This document shows positions 27,901 to 40,054 of a DNA stretch of 64,000 nucleotides, one piece after another. The stretch is from assembly GCF_009914755.1 (NCBI RefSeq), contig NC_060943.1. One strand, 5' to 3'. Numbering within the stretch: the first letter of the stretch is position 1; each line of letters opens with the position of its first letter. The translations under genes were made by a program, and so were the position numbers. Below the pieces are notes generated by a model. The model saw only the letters and a program-made list of their open reading frames with translations, was not told where the DNA came from and ran no database searches. Origin of the DNA: the human T2T-CHM13v2.0 reference genome, Homo sapiens.

Positions 27901-29477
27901 AAGACACTGTGGTGATTCCTCACAGATCTAGAACCAGAAATACCATTTGACCCAGCAATCCCATTATTGGGTATATACCCAAAGGATTATAAATCATTTT
28001 GCTATAAAGACACATGCATACGTATGTTTATTGCAGCACTATTCACCATAGCAATGACTTGGAACCAACCCAAATGCCCATCAATGATACACTGGATAAA
28101 GAAAATGTGGCACATATACACCATGGAATACTATACAACCATAAAAAAGAATGAGTTCATGCCCTTTGCAGGGACATGAAATGAAACCATTATTCTCAGC
28201 AAACCAACACAGGAACAGAAAACCAAACACACTTGTTTTCACTCATAAATGGGAGTTGAACAATGAGAACATATGGGCACAGAGAGGGGAACATCACACA
28301 CTGGAGCCTGTCAGGGGTGGAGGGCTAGGGGAGGGATAGCATTAGGAGAAATACCTAATGTAGATGACGGGTAGATGGGTGCAGCAAACTACCATGACAC
28401 ATTTATACCTAAGTAACAAACCTTCACGTTCTGCACATGTATCCCAGAACTTAAAGGATAATTTTTTAAAAATAAAGAAAAAGAAAGAGCTTTAATTGGA
28501 CTCACAGTTTCACGTGGCTGGGGAGAATCATGGCAGAAGTCAAGGAGAAGCAAGTCATATCTTATGTGGATGGCAGCAGGCAAAAAGAGAATGAGAGCCA
28601 AGAGAAACAGGTTTCCTGTTATCAAACCATCAGATATCATGAGACTTATTCACTACCACAAGAACAGTATGAAAGAAACCGCCCCCGTGACTCAATTATC
28701 TCTCACTGGGTCCCTCCCACAACACATGGGAATTATGGGAGTATGATTCAAGATGAGAATTGGGTAGGGACACAGAGTCAAACCATATTATTCCACCACT
28801 GGCTCCTGCCAAATCTCATGTCCTCACATTTCAAAACTAATCATTTCTTCCCAACAGTCCCCCAAAGTCTTAACTCGTTCAGTATTAACTCAAGAGTCCA
28901 CATTCCAAAGTCTCAACTGAGACAAGGCAAGTCTCTTCCACCTATGAGTCTGTAAAATCAAAAGCAGATTAGCTACTTCCTAGATACAGTGGAGGTACAG
29001 GCATTGGGTAAACACAGCCATTCCAAATGGGAGAAATTGGCCAAAACAAAGGGGCTACAGGGCCCATGCAAGTCCAAAATCCAGTGGGGCAGTCGAGTCT
29101 TAAAGCTCCAAAATGATCTCCTTTGACTGCATGTCTCACATCCAGGTAATGCTGATGCAAAATACGGGTATCCATGGTCTTGGGCAGCCCTGCCCCTGTG
29201 GCAGTTCCACATGGCTGGAGAGGCCTCAGAATCATGGCAGAAGTCAAGGAGAAGCAAGTCACATCTTATGTGGATGGCAGCAGGCAAAAAGAGAATGAGA
29301 GCCAAGTGAAACGGGTTTCCCCTTATCAAACCATCAGATCTCATGAGACTTATTCACTACCATGAGAACAGTATGGGAGAAACTGCCCCCCACCAGGTGC
29401 CTCCCACAACACGTAGGAATTATGGGAGTACAATTCAGGATGAGATTTGGGTGGGGACACAGAGCCAAACCATATCA
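21959..29477 (-). mobile_element. THE1A MaLR element (LTR, partial internal region, partial LTR), split by an L1
   Basis: Ends tgtattagtcc... and ...aaaccatatca; 5-bp TSD ctatc/ccatc; THE1A-type GATAAGGGGAAACCCGTTTC. Confidence 0.88.
22036..28478 (+). mobile_element. Full-length inactive L1 (L1PA7-like)
   Basis: 5'UTR, ORF1 and ORF2 remnants with stops, 3'UTR; 20-bp TSD at 22016-22035 / 28479-28498 (1 mismatch). Confidence 0.93.
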
Positions 29478-31531
29478 CCATCAAAATACCACCGTCATTT
29501 TTCACAGAACTAGAAAAAACAATCTGAAAATTCATATGGAACCAAAAAAGAGCCCATGTAACCAAAGTAAGACTAAGCAAAAAGAAGAAATCTGGTGGCA
29601 TCACATCATCTGATTTCAAACTATACTATAAGGCCATAGTCACTAAAACAGCATTGTACTGGTATAAAAGTAGACACATAGACCAACGGAACAGAATAGA
29701 GAACCCAGAAATAAACCCAAATACTTACAGCCAACTGATCTTTGACAAAGCAAACAAAAACAAGAAGTGGAGAAAGGACACCCTATTCAACAAATGGTGC
29801 TGGGATAATTGGCAAGCCACATGTAGGAGAATGAAATGATTCTCCTCTCTCACCTTATACAAAAATTAACTCAAGATGGATCAAGGACTTAAATTTAAGA
29901 CCTGAAACTATAAAAATTCTCAAAGATAACATCGGAAAAGCCCTTCTAGACATGGGCTTAGGCAAAGATTTTATGACCAAGAACCCAAAAGCAAAGGCAA
30001 CAAAAACAAAGATAAATAGGTGGGACTTAATTAAACTAAACGGCCTTTGCACAGCCAAAGGAATAGTTAGCAGAGTAAAAAGACAACCCCACAGAGTGAG
30101 AGAAAATCTTCACAATCTGTACCTCTGACAAAGGATTAATATCCAGAATCTACAAGGATCTCAAACAAATTAGAAAGAAAAAACAAACTATCCCATCAAA
30201 AAGTGGGCTAAGAACATGAATAGACAATTCTCAAAAGAAGATATACAAATGGCCAATGTGAAAAAATGTTCAACATTACTAATGACCAGGCAAATACAAG
30301 TCAAAACCATAATGCAATGCCACCTTACTCCCACAAGAATGGCCATAATCAAAAAATTAAAAAATAATAGAAGTTGGTGTGGATGCAGTGAAAAGGGAAC
30401 ACTTCAACACTGCTGGTGGGAATGTAAACTAGTACAACCACTATGGAAAAGAGTGTGGAGATTCCTTAAAGAACTAAAAGTAGAAATACTATTTGATCCA
30501 GCAATACCACTACTGGGTGTCTGCCCAGATGAAGAGAAATCATTATGCAAAAAAGATACTTGCACCCACATATTTATAGCAGCAATTTCCAATTGAAAAA
30601 ATATGGAACCAGCTCAAATGCCCATCAATCAATGAGTGGATTAAGAAAGTATGAGATATATCTCATATTTTCTTTATATATATATATGAATACTACTCAG
30701 CCATAAAAGGGAATACATTCATAAATTAATGGCATTTGCAGCAACCTGAATGGAATTGGTGACTATTATTCTAAGTGAAGTAGCTCAGGAATGGAAAACC
30801 AACAATCATATGTTCTCACTCATAAGTAGGAGTTAAGCTAAGGGGATGCAAAGGCATAAGAATGATACAATGGACTTTGGGGACTTGGAGGAAAGGGTGG
30901 GAAGGGGTTGAGGAATGAAAGGCTACAAACTGGGTTCAGTGTATACTGTCTGGGCGACAGGTGCAACAAAATCTCACAAATCACCATTAAAGAACTTATC
31001 CATGTAACCAAATACCACCTGTTCCCCCAAAAACTTATGGAAATAAAACAAGTTAAAAAAGAAAAGAAAAAGATGGGGGAAAAACAAGACAAAGACAATC
31101 AAAATACCTTACCAACCTAAATTCCAGATAAGAAAATTTTCAGGAGTATTCTTCCAAACAAGCCTCCTATTCTCCATTCAATTGGGCAGGAATTTCCCCA
31201 CGCCAGGACTCTTTCTACCACCTAGGAAGAGCCAACCAAGATCTGTCAAGGGGGCACAATGCCTCCACAGGGGCCACCAGATCAGAAAAAGAAAAAGGCT
31301 GTTGTTTGCCTTTAGCATACTTATCAAAAGACATCGTCCAGTCCCAGAAAATGTTTCCCCACTGCAAGCAAGTCCAAGTACCATGGACTGACCATCCACC
31401 CACCAGCAAGGATTGTGCCAGAGGTGGCCCTCAGTTTAAGAAAGCTCACCTCCAGGGCCAGTGCACCAGTGAAGGGCTGCCAAACCATGGCCACGCACCT
31501 ACAGGGGCAATCTCAAATGATGCTCCAAATC

Positions 31532-32590
31532 TGTTACAATCCAGTGGGTTTTTCTTGCCCGCTGCACAGAAAATGCCAACACACTGAGACAGAAGGTATT
31601 GCAACAGAGAATGAGCTTAATAATTGCAGGAGGCTCAAGCAATGAAGACAGGAGATATTTCTCAAATCTGCCTACCTGAGAATTTGAAGACTAGAAATTT
31701 TAAGAATTGTTTGGTGGGCAGGTGGCTAGGAAATGGACACTACTGACTGGTTGGGTCAGGGATGAAAACACAGTGGTGTGAAAACTGTCTTGTGTGCTGA
31801 TTCAGTTCCTGGGTGAGGGTCACAGGACCAGTTGATTCAGTTTCTTGGTATGGGTCATTGGTCCAAATAGTGTCAGTTGCTCCACCAGAACGAAAAGTCT
31901 GAAAAATATCTCAAACACCAGTCTTTTTTTTTTAAATATACTTTTTATTATACTTTAAGTTCTAGGGTACATGTGCACAACGTGCAGGTTTGTTACATAT
32001 GTATACATGTGCCATGTTGGTGTGCTGCACCCATTAACTCGTCATTTACATTAGATATATCTCCTAATACTATCCCTCCCCCCTCCCCCCACCCCACAAC
32101 AGGCCCCGGTGTGTGATGCTCTCCTTCATGTGTCCAGGTGTTCTCGTTGTTCAATTCCAACCCATGAGTGAGAACATGCGGCTCAAACACCAGTCTTAAG
32201 TTTCACAATAGTGATGTTATCTATAGGAGCAAATGGAGAAATTACAAATATTGTGACTATCAGCTGACTGACTCCTGAGCAATAAACAATTATTTTAAAA
32301 AGCAAGCAAGGTAGGGAATGATGACTGCTTACTGTTTAACTATGCCTACATCTTAGCAGAATTCAGGCCACTCTGATAATTCTAACCTTGTGACATTCAT
32401 CCATTTTTCAAAGGTAGTTTCTGTTCCTGAATAAGGAAGGGTAGGTTAAACTATAAACTAAATTCCTCCCACAGTTAGGCTGTCCTACATACAGAAATAA
32501 GCAAAGGCAGTTAGCTTGTGAATATAAAGGCAAGATGGAGTCAGTTATGCTTTTTTCTCTCACTTTTATAATATCACGAGCATAGTTTTG
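31532..32590 (-). mobile_element. 5' LTR of ERV1 provirus (LTR8B-like)
   Basis: Paralog of 15102-15825; adjacent degenerate tRNA-Pro-like primer-binding site TGGAGCATCATTTGAGAT (about 31511-31528). Confidence 0.8.
31926..32181 (-). mobile_element. Short young L1 3' end (L1PA3/4-like)
   Basis: Perfect 16-bp TSD ctcaaacaccagtctt at 31910-31925 / 32182-32197. Confidence 0.9.
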
Positions 32591-33309
32591 TGTTCAGTTC
32601 TCTGTCAGTGGTAGTGGTCATGACATGGGCTCTGGAGTTAGGTACACATAGTTTCTATTCCCAGATCCACCACCAATCTTGGAAAGTTACTTCACCTTTC
32701 TGAAGATTTGTATCCTTCTCTGAAATAACAAGATATTGTGGTTGAGAGGAATAAATAAAATAACATCTGCAAACCCACTCTTATTCCTGAGATCCTCTTT
32801 AAAACTAGCATCTACAGTGGTAACTTACAGTGATTCCCTCGGTTTATGTCTCTCTTTGTCTCTGTTTTCCTAAGGCTGAATGCTTCCAAGTACTCACCTG
32901 AATCCTGCCTCTTTAGTGAAATCTTTTCCAACCATTCCTGAACCAGCTGATCCTATCCTTCTATAAATTATTTCTCCCATATGTCAACATTTAATTATGT
33001 GCCATTCCTCTTGGTGAGACACTATAGAGAGGTTTAAAGGACATTGGCTGTGTGATCATTGAGGGATAATTGAGTAAATTTTTTTTTAGTGCTCACTGAG
33101 TGTTAGAGCTGCCCTCTCTTTTTTTCAGCTGTTGCTAGCAGCAGTCCCTTCTGCACCAGCAGCATCAGACCCTGGCAGGCATGTGAATACCTTAGGGATT
33201 GCTCTTGTCAGGGTCCTTCCTGCTTCTGGATTTTGGTTCCATTTGTGTTTCCTTTTGCATGTTATTCAATGGTCTCTTGTGTTATTGTGAAATACAGATT
33301 GACCGTGGC

Positions 33310-33470
33310 AGAATTTAACTGGAGGACACCCAGCCAGTGTCCACTGCAGTACTGATTGCTCACTTGGTGGTGGGGAGGAACACCCACACCCATATTTGGT
33401 CAAAGAATTCTTCTGTGTTGATGATGTGGTGTGAAATCAGATAAAATGGGTTTTAGAGTTTTTCTAAATA
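33310..33470 (+). mobile_element. LTR fragment (MER21-like)
   Basis: ggaggacacccagccagtgtcc...ccatatttggtca motif. Confidence 0.5.
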
Positions 33471-34279
33471 TTCCTCCAAGGGAGAGATTGTTGACATTTA
33501 TTTATGAAAACCTCAAGATAATAACTCTAAGGAAGTTGAGCACAGTATCCTCTTGCTTAAAAAGCCTGGTGATAGGAATTGTGTTCACTTTCCTAATTCA
33601 TGAAATTTAAAATAGGGTCTTTCCTCTCTTACTTCAGAAGAGATGAAGGACAAAAGACCAGATGGGGAGGACAAGGTTGTTTATGGGGAAGTCATGTACC
33701 TCTGACCTGGATTCTACGATGTTCATTCAATCATACCTGGAAGTGTGCATCTTTGCATGTGCAGTCATATATTTCTATCACATGACTCATAATTCCCTCC
33801 CTGTCAGTGGCAATTAGGAGCTCATGTAAAGCTTAGGACAGTAAAATTATATGGTGTGTTCTTCCACTGCAACAAGGTTTCTCTGAGGTTTAAGGAAACA
33901 ATAGGACAAGAGGGCTGGACACTTTACCTGGTGTCCTGCCTTCTTTTTTTATTGAGCAGCAGTCTACTCACCCATCATTTTTGACCTTCCTGTTTTCCTA
34001 CCATGGGTTCAGATATAATTACTGATGTCCAGATACAATTACTTGTGCCTGGAGCTTGATGTTATTTTTTAAAAGAGAGGCCTGAGGAATGGTTTCCTAG
34101 CTGATTTCCAGGATTCTAATTTTCACTGTCTAAGTCGTTGGTTTTCAACCCTGGCTACTGGTTAGAGTCACCTTAGGAATTTAAAACATACAAATGCCTG
34201 TGTCTTCCTCAAAGAGAGTCTAATTTGATTGCTCCATGGTGTGCCTTGGGATTTGGTCATTTAAAAATGCTTCCAAGGA

Positions 34280-34850
34280 AAATAGTCATTTTACAGTGGA
34301 GGAACTTTAGCCCAGTGCTCAAAGTTAACATCCCCAATAATCAAAGATATAGAAATTCTGGGCATCCTAATATGATGGATGGAGAAGGTGCAGCATCGCC
34401 TCTGTGGCATTTTTGCCCAAAGTGGATAACCTGAGTTTAATTATGAGAAAATATTAGGTAAGCCCAAACTGAGGGTCATTCCACCAAATAACTCACCGAT
34501 ACTCTTTAAAAATGTTAAGGTCATGAAGGCAAAAGTAATTCTGAGGAACCATCCCAGATTGAAGGCGATTGAGAGGACAGAATAATGAGATGCAGTGTGT
34601 GATCTTGTATGGATCCTTGTCCAGAAAAAGGATATTAGTGGGAAGATGGAGAGGATTTGAATAGGGTCTGCAAGTTCATTCATTGTAAGATGTCAGTGAT
34701 CATTTACTGATGTTGATGATTACACTGTGGTTATCTATAACGTTAATATTAGGGAAAGTTGAACGAAAAGAATATGGGGACTCTGACTATTTTTGGAACA
34801 TTTTTGGAAGTGTAAGATTATTTCAAAATGAAAGTTATAAAAAAGAAGGG
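34280..34850 (+). mobile_element. Old L1M 3' fragment inside a MER5-like element (about 34135-34897)
   Basis: L1MC/ME-type 3'UTR motifs flanked by MER5 halves. Confidence 0.55.
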
Positions 34851-37477
34851 GGAAAAAACTTCCAGATAATCCTGAGTTCCCAGAGTTGAAGACCACTTGC
34901 CTAAGTTATCTTGCCTAATACTGTCAGAGTAATCTTCCTGGAAATGCTTTTTGTGATGTTACTGACCTTCTCAAAGCTTTCCAGTGACTCTTATCATCTA
35001 TAGGATGAAATTCCAATTTCTTAAGCCATCATTCAAAGTCTCCATAATATGACCCCAATCTACTCCCTTGATCCACATTTGACTTTCTCATGTCTAAATA
35101 TTTTGCAATTATTTGACTCCTTCATATAACATGCATACCTGCCTGTTCACCTCCTAAATTGTTCTTCATCCTAAGGCTTATTTCAGTCCCTGTCTCTTCA
35201 TTGAAGCTTGTATGGTTATTTCTGTTAGAAGCCGTCATCCTTTGTTTCTTTGAATTCTGGAAGGTACAATGGTGTGGACTGAAACATAAGCTTTGGATTC
35301 AGAAATATGTGAGTCTGAATTCTGGTTCCACCTTTCACCAATTCTGAGATAAAAGACAAGTTAGTGATGTCTTGGGATAGAGGGATAATAGTACCTACTT
35401 AAAGGGTCATTGTGAGCATTAGATGAGGTGCAAACACAAAGGTCTCCAGCACATAACAGATTTCTTCCTCATCATTTTTGCTGCTCAATGGTCCCCAAAG
35501 GTATTATGGGTGATGCAAAGGCTTTTATCAAAATTTTCTGCAGCACCTTTTAAAAAGTCTTGTGCCTGGCCATCACTAAGATGAGAGACACCCTTGAACT
35601 GAACTGAATGTATGGGACTTTAAAAAACTCAACCGAGATTTGTTTTTCCTGGAACACAACTCAGTAAACAAGTGGATAGAAAAATGTAACCCAACAGAGG
35701 GAGAAGGGAAGCGCAATGGTTTCATATAACAGCCATGCCTTCTTAGGAAAAAGCTGTGATGCCTTCTGAGAGTTTGCTCTCAGTCAGGCAGGATCAAAGA
35801 AGTACAACTCCTTAGTACAATCCCTTAAACCGTGAGTCCTGCACAGCACCTCACTAATCCATTCCCTGCCCAGGTGATGTGTGCATAGGTGAAGAGTCAG
35901 ATCTCCATAAGTCAGACACTCTTCCCCCTTTTCAGCTCCCTGACCCTCACTACTGTGTGCTCTGGTCTGGCCCCAGCTGCCAGGCCATTAGTATTGGTCT
36001 AAGAAAGCAAGACCAGGACGGGCAGCTGAGAGGAAAGTCAGAGGCCACCAAGCATGAAAAGAGAGAGATGAGGCTGTCATTGCTCAAAGTCACCCACTCT
36101 GGGTGTGTTTTATGACTGTTTCTGGATTTTGGAATATTCTCCCCTTTGTGATCATTCCAGGGACTCACCCTCCTCCTATTTCCTTCTCATTGCACTTTCT
36201 GTCCCCAGTGCACCCTTTTTATGGCCAGAGACTGGCTGTATGACTAGATGACAATTCAGTGAAAGTTACTTGTTGTGAGGACTGAGAGCCAGGCCCACCC
36301 TGCTTTTTCCCAGAAGAGACTGGAGGTTCATAAAAGCCAGCTTTAATGCAGGGCTGTGCAGGTGTGAGTGTGGTGTTAGGGAACAGGTGCAAAAGTGAAG
36401 AGTGAGACAGAAAAAAAAGATGCTGGCTGTTCATCAAATCCTGAAAGTAGAGGGAGCAAAAATTATTCTGGAAGGTGGATGTCATTCAGGAGACCTTGGA
36501 AGACCTAGAGTGTCCTCTGCACAAATGAAGTGGAGGATGGGGTTAAATTACGGAGTTGGATGACACTCATTACCTGACTTCACTTCTCTGCCTCAGTTTT
36601 TTAAATCTGTAAAAATGGGGATGCTGACACTCAGGATTTTTTATGAGGACTGTAGCTACCTGAAAACCCCTTAGGATAGTGCCTGGTGAGTAGTGAGTGC
36701 TGCGTCAGTGTGAGCTATTATAGTTATGGAAATAGGCAAAGGTGCCATCAGGAGCATTCAGAGTGAGGAGGTGCCTTCCAGTCAGGGTCCTCGCAGGCAG
36801 CTGGAGATGAAGATGGTTAAGGGGGCTTAAACTCCACAGTGGAAGGATTGAGGAGCAGTCCTGAGAAGGAATTCAGAAGCCAACAGGCATGGAAAGAGGC
36901 CAGGGGGACTGTCATTGCTCAAAGGCCACACACTGTGGGTGTGCTTTATGACTGTTACTGGCTTTGAAATCTTCTCCCCTTTGTGACCATTCCAGGGACT
37001 CGCCCTCTTCATATGTTTCTGGATTTGGAATCTTGAGCAATATTCATGACGTACAACATTCTGTGAAAAATACCTTTACCCGACAGCAGGAACAGCCAGA
37101 GTGGGTGTGGCTTCTGTCACAAATATTGTCTCCTAGGAGTCTAGGAATGTGTCCTAAGATCGAATGGTTTTGCTGAAAGCCAAGCCTAGAAATGGGCTTC
37201 AGGGGCACCTTGTGAATAGCATTTATGTTGCCAATGGAAAGCATTCATCTTTTTAAAGGAAAGCATTCATCTTAATGAAGAAATCCCATCTTATGGTCTG
37301 GGTCAGTATTTTTTGCCTCTGTACTATCCTTATTTATAAATTGAAAAGAGAAAGACCGAAGAAGAGTGACATAAGGAAGCACATGTATGAATTAACAGGA
37401 CAGAAATGGGACTAGTATGTGTAAATTAAGGGAAAGCATGTATATATTTTATGTGAACATAAAAAGGACTTCTTGTT

Positions 37478-38048
<571 letters not shown>

Positions 38049-38306
38049 TTATGTCTAATGCCTTCCACATATTAACGTACCCATTCAAACTGTCATTTTC
38101 TGATGCAGTAAGAGTGACTCTTGTGCTGCAGATGAGAAGAGGCTGAAGTGGGTGAAGTGAGTGGTCCAGAGTCATCCAGCCAGTTCATAGCAGAGCTAGT
38201 GTGTTTCACCTCGAAGTTTGTGCTCTTTGTGATTCAGACAGAAAAGTGAGACACAGAAGGAAGGCAAAGCAATTTTTGTTGTGGGTAAAGTTTACAGAAG
38301 TTACCT

Positions 38307-38560
38307 GTATTAGGCAGAATAATGGCCTCCTAAAAATGTCCACATCCTAATCCCTGGAACCTGTGCATGCTACTTTATTTGGCAAAAGAAAAGACTTTGC
38401 AGGTGAGATGAAGTTAAGTTTCTTGAGATGCGAGGTTATTCTGGATAATTTGGGTGGGCTCAGTGTAGTCAGAAGGGTCCTTGTAAGTGAAAGAGAGAGG
38501 CGGAAGGGTCAGGGTGAGAATGATGCAGCCAGAGAGACTCCACTGGCCATCGCTGGCTGT
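38307..38560 (+). mobile_element. MLT1 (MLT1D-like) LTR 5' part
   Basis: aggcagaataatggcc...gtccacatcctaatccctggaacctgtg. Confidence 0.75.
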
Positions 38561-38596
38561 AAACATGCATCAAAAGACAAAATTATAACAAATTCA

Positions 38597-40054
38597 GTTA
38601 TAGATACAATTGGCTTTTATTTGTGATTCATGAGTCAGGGCAGTTTCCATTCTGCAAAATATAGTGATAGCTCCTACTGGGCAATACAACAGTAGAACAG
38701 TGGGTTTTGTAAAATGGGAATCCAGGAACAGAAGAATATAAATAAATTGATTTAAATAAACTGATTGGTTAATTTCAGAATACTTCATATTACTTTTTTC
38801 TAAGAGTTAAAGCAGAAAGGACTTTCTTACTGTGCTGACTCAGACAGCCTGGACTCTCATGTTTTTAGGAAAATTTTGTCTGTTCTGGGATCTACCTGCT
38901 TCCTCATGTTTCAGTGTGAGTATATGGCATTTAGCATGACTGGCTCCATTCTGGAGTCACCAGGCTGTCACCTAAATGAGAGTTTGACTAAACATAAGGC
39001 ATTAACACTACTGTCAGTTACCATCATTTTGGACTTCCATCATTCATAGGTTATGATGTCCTCCTAATCATACATTTATTTGAGTTTTTGTCATTCCAGC
39101 CAAAGAGAGAATATTTGACATTTGACGAATGGCTGCATGCAAACATTTAAAGGTTTTAGAGAATACAGCACACCAGGGTAACTAATATTGTGACAATCAG
39201 GAGGATCACACCAAGAGTTTGAAGTATGATCCATAGGCAGAGACCCCATGAACCAAACCAAATAAAAGAGAATAGATTAAAGAATGAGCCACATGAGAAG
39301 CCTACCCATTTTAATCAAGCAGCATATTTGTTAATTTTTGCAACTGAGTCTCTATAGTACCCACTGTATTTATTTATGTGCAACAAGAAGTGTCAGCAAC
39401 TGCACAAACTCCTCCCTGTTCAGCTAGTAGGCAGCAATTCTGTTATCTGGCATCCCATAGCTGGGTTAAATTAAAACAGGGCGTGAGAACAGGTGAGTCT
39501 AGAGGTCTAACTCTAACAGGGACCACCGTGCATTTGAATAAACAGTTGTATTAGGGATGTTGTTAAAGTTAGCCACTGGGCAGAATAAAGGATCCCTTAG
39601 GTCAAATATTTGGGTTTGACATGATGACATGACACATCCAACACTCTGTCAAATTACCTGCACAAGGCGCTGATTGTGAAATTCTAGTTACAGCATTATC
39701 TTACCAAATTAAAGAGGCAGGCATGAGCAGGGAAAAATGGAGTGGGATAAGAGCCTCGTCACGATGAGGCTTGGGACATCTTGGGAAAAACTGTCCACAG
39801 CATGAAGTCATCAACTTCTTGTCCTGGTTGGCAATTTGAGTGTCTCTAGTTATGGTGTTGAACATTTTGGTTAGCTCTGAGTGGCCCACATCTCAGGCAT
39901 GAGGGTTTTTCCTTGAAATTTACATTGAGTTGTCCACCTCCAGCTTATAGGTCTTCAGGAAGAGAGCAGGTCTTATACTTAGTGATGCCACAGGAGAAAA
40001 TGGGATTGAAGGAGCTAGAAGAATCCAGTCCAGTCTGCAGGTGGATAATAAAAA
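38597..40054 (-). other. CEACAM7: CEACAM7 exon 5 (3'UTR), lying in ERV1 sequence
   Basis: Candidate acceptor TTTTGTTTTCAAG at 40055 (alternative CTGCAG near 40035); AATAAA at 38616-38621; resembles CEACAM 3'UTRs as recalled. Confidence 0.75.
38616..38621 (-). terminator. Poly(A) signal AATAAA for CEACAM7, inside an LTR
   Basis: tttatt on the plus strand, within LTR-like sequence downstream of the gene. Confidence 0.7.

Larger units (their letters stand above)
18295..31070 (+). mobile_element. Near full-length L1PB1 with internal deletions, split by THE1A (21959-29477)
   Basis: L1PB-type 5'UTR, ORF1 and ORF2 remnants; ORF2 resumes in register at 29478; L1PB1-type 3'UTR. Confidence 0.88.

Noticed and set aside
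22036-28478. Full-length L1 as potentially active
   Set aside because: Multiple stops and frameshifts in ORF1 and ORF2.
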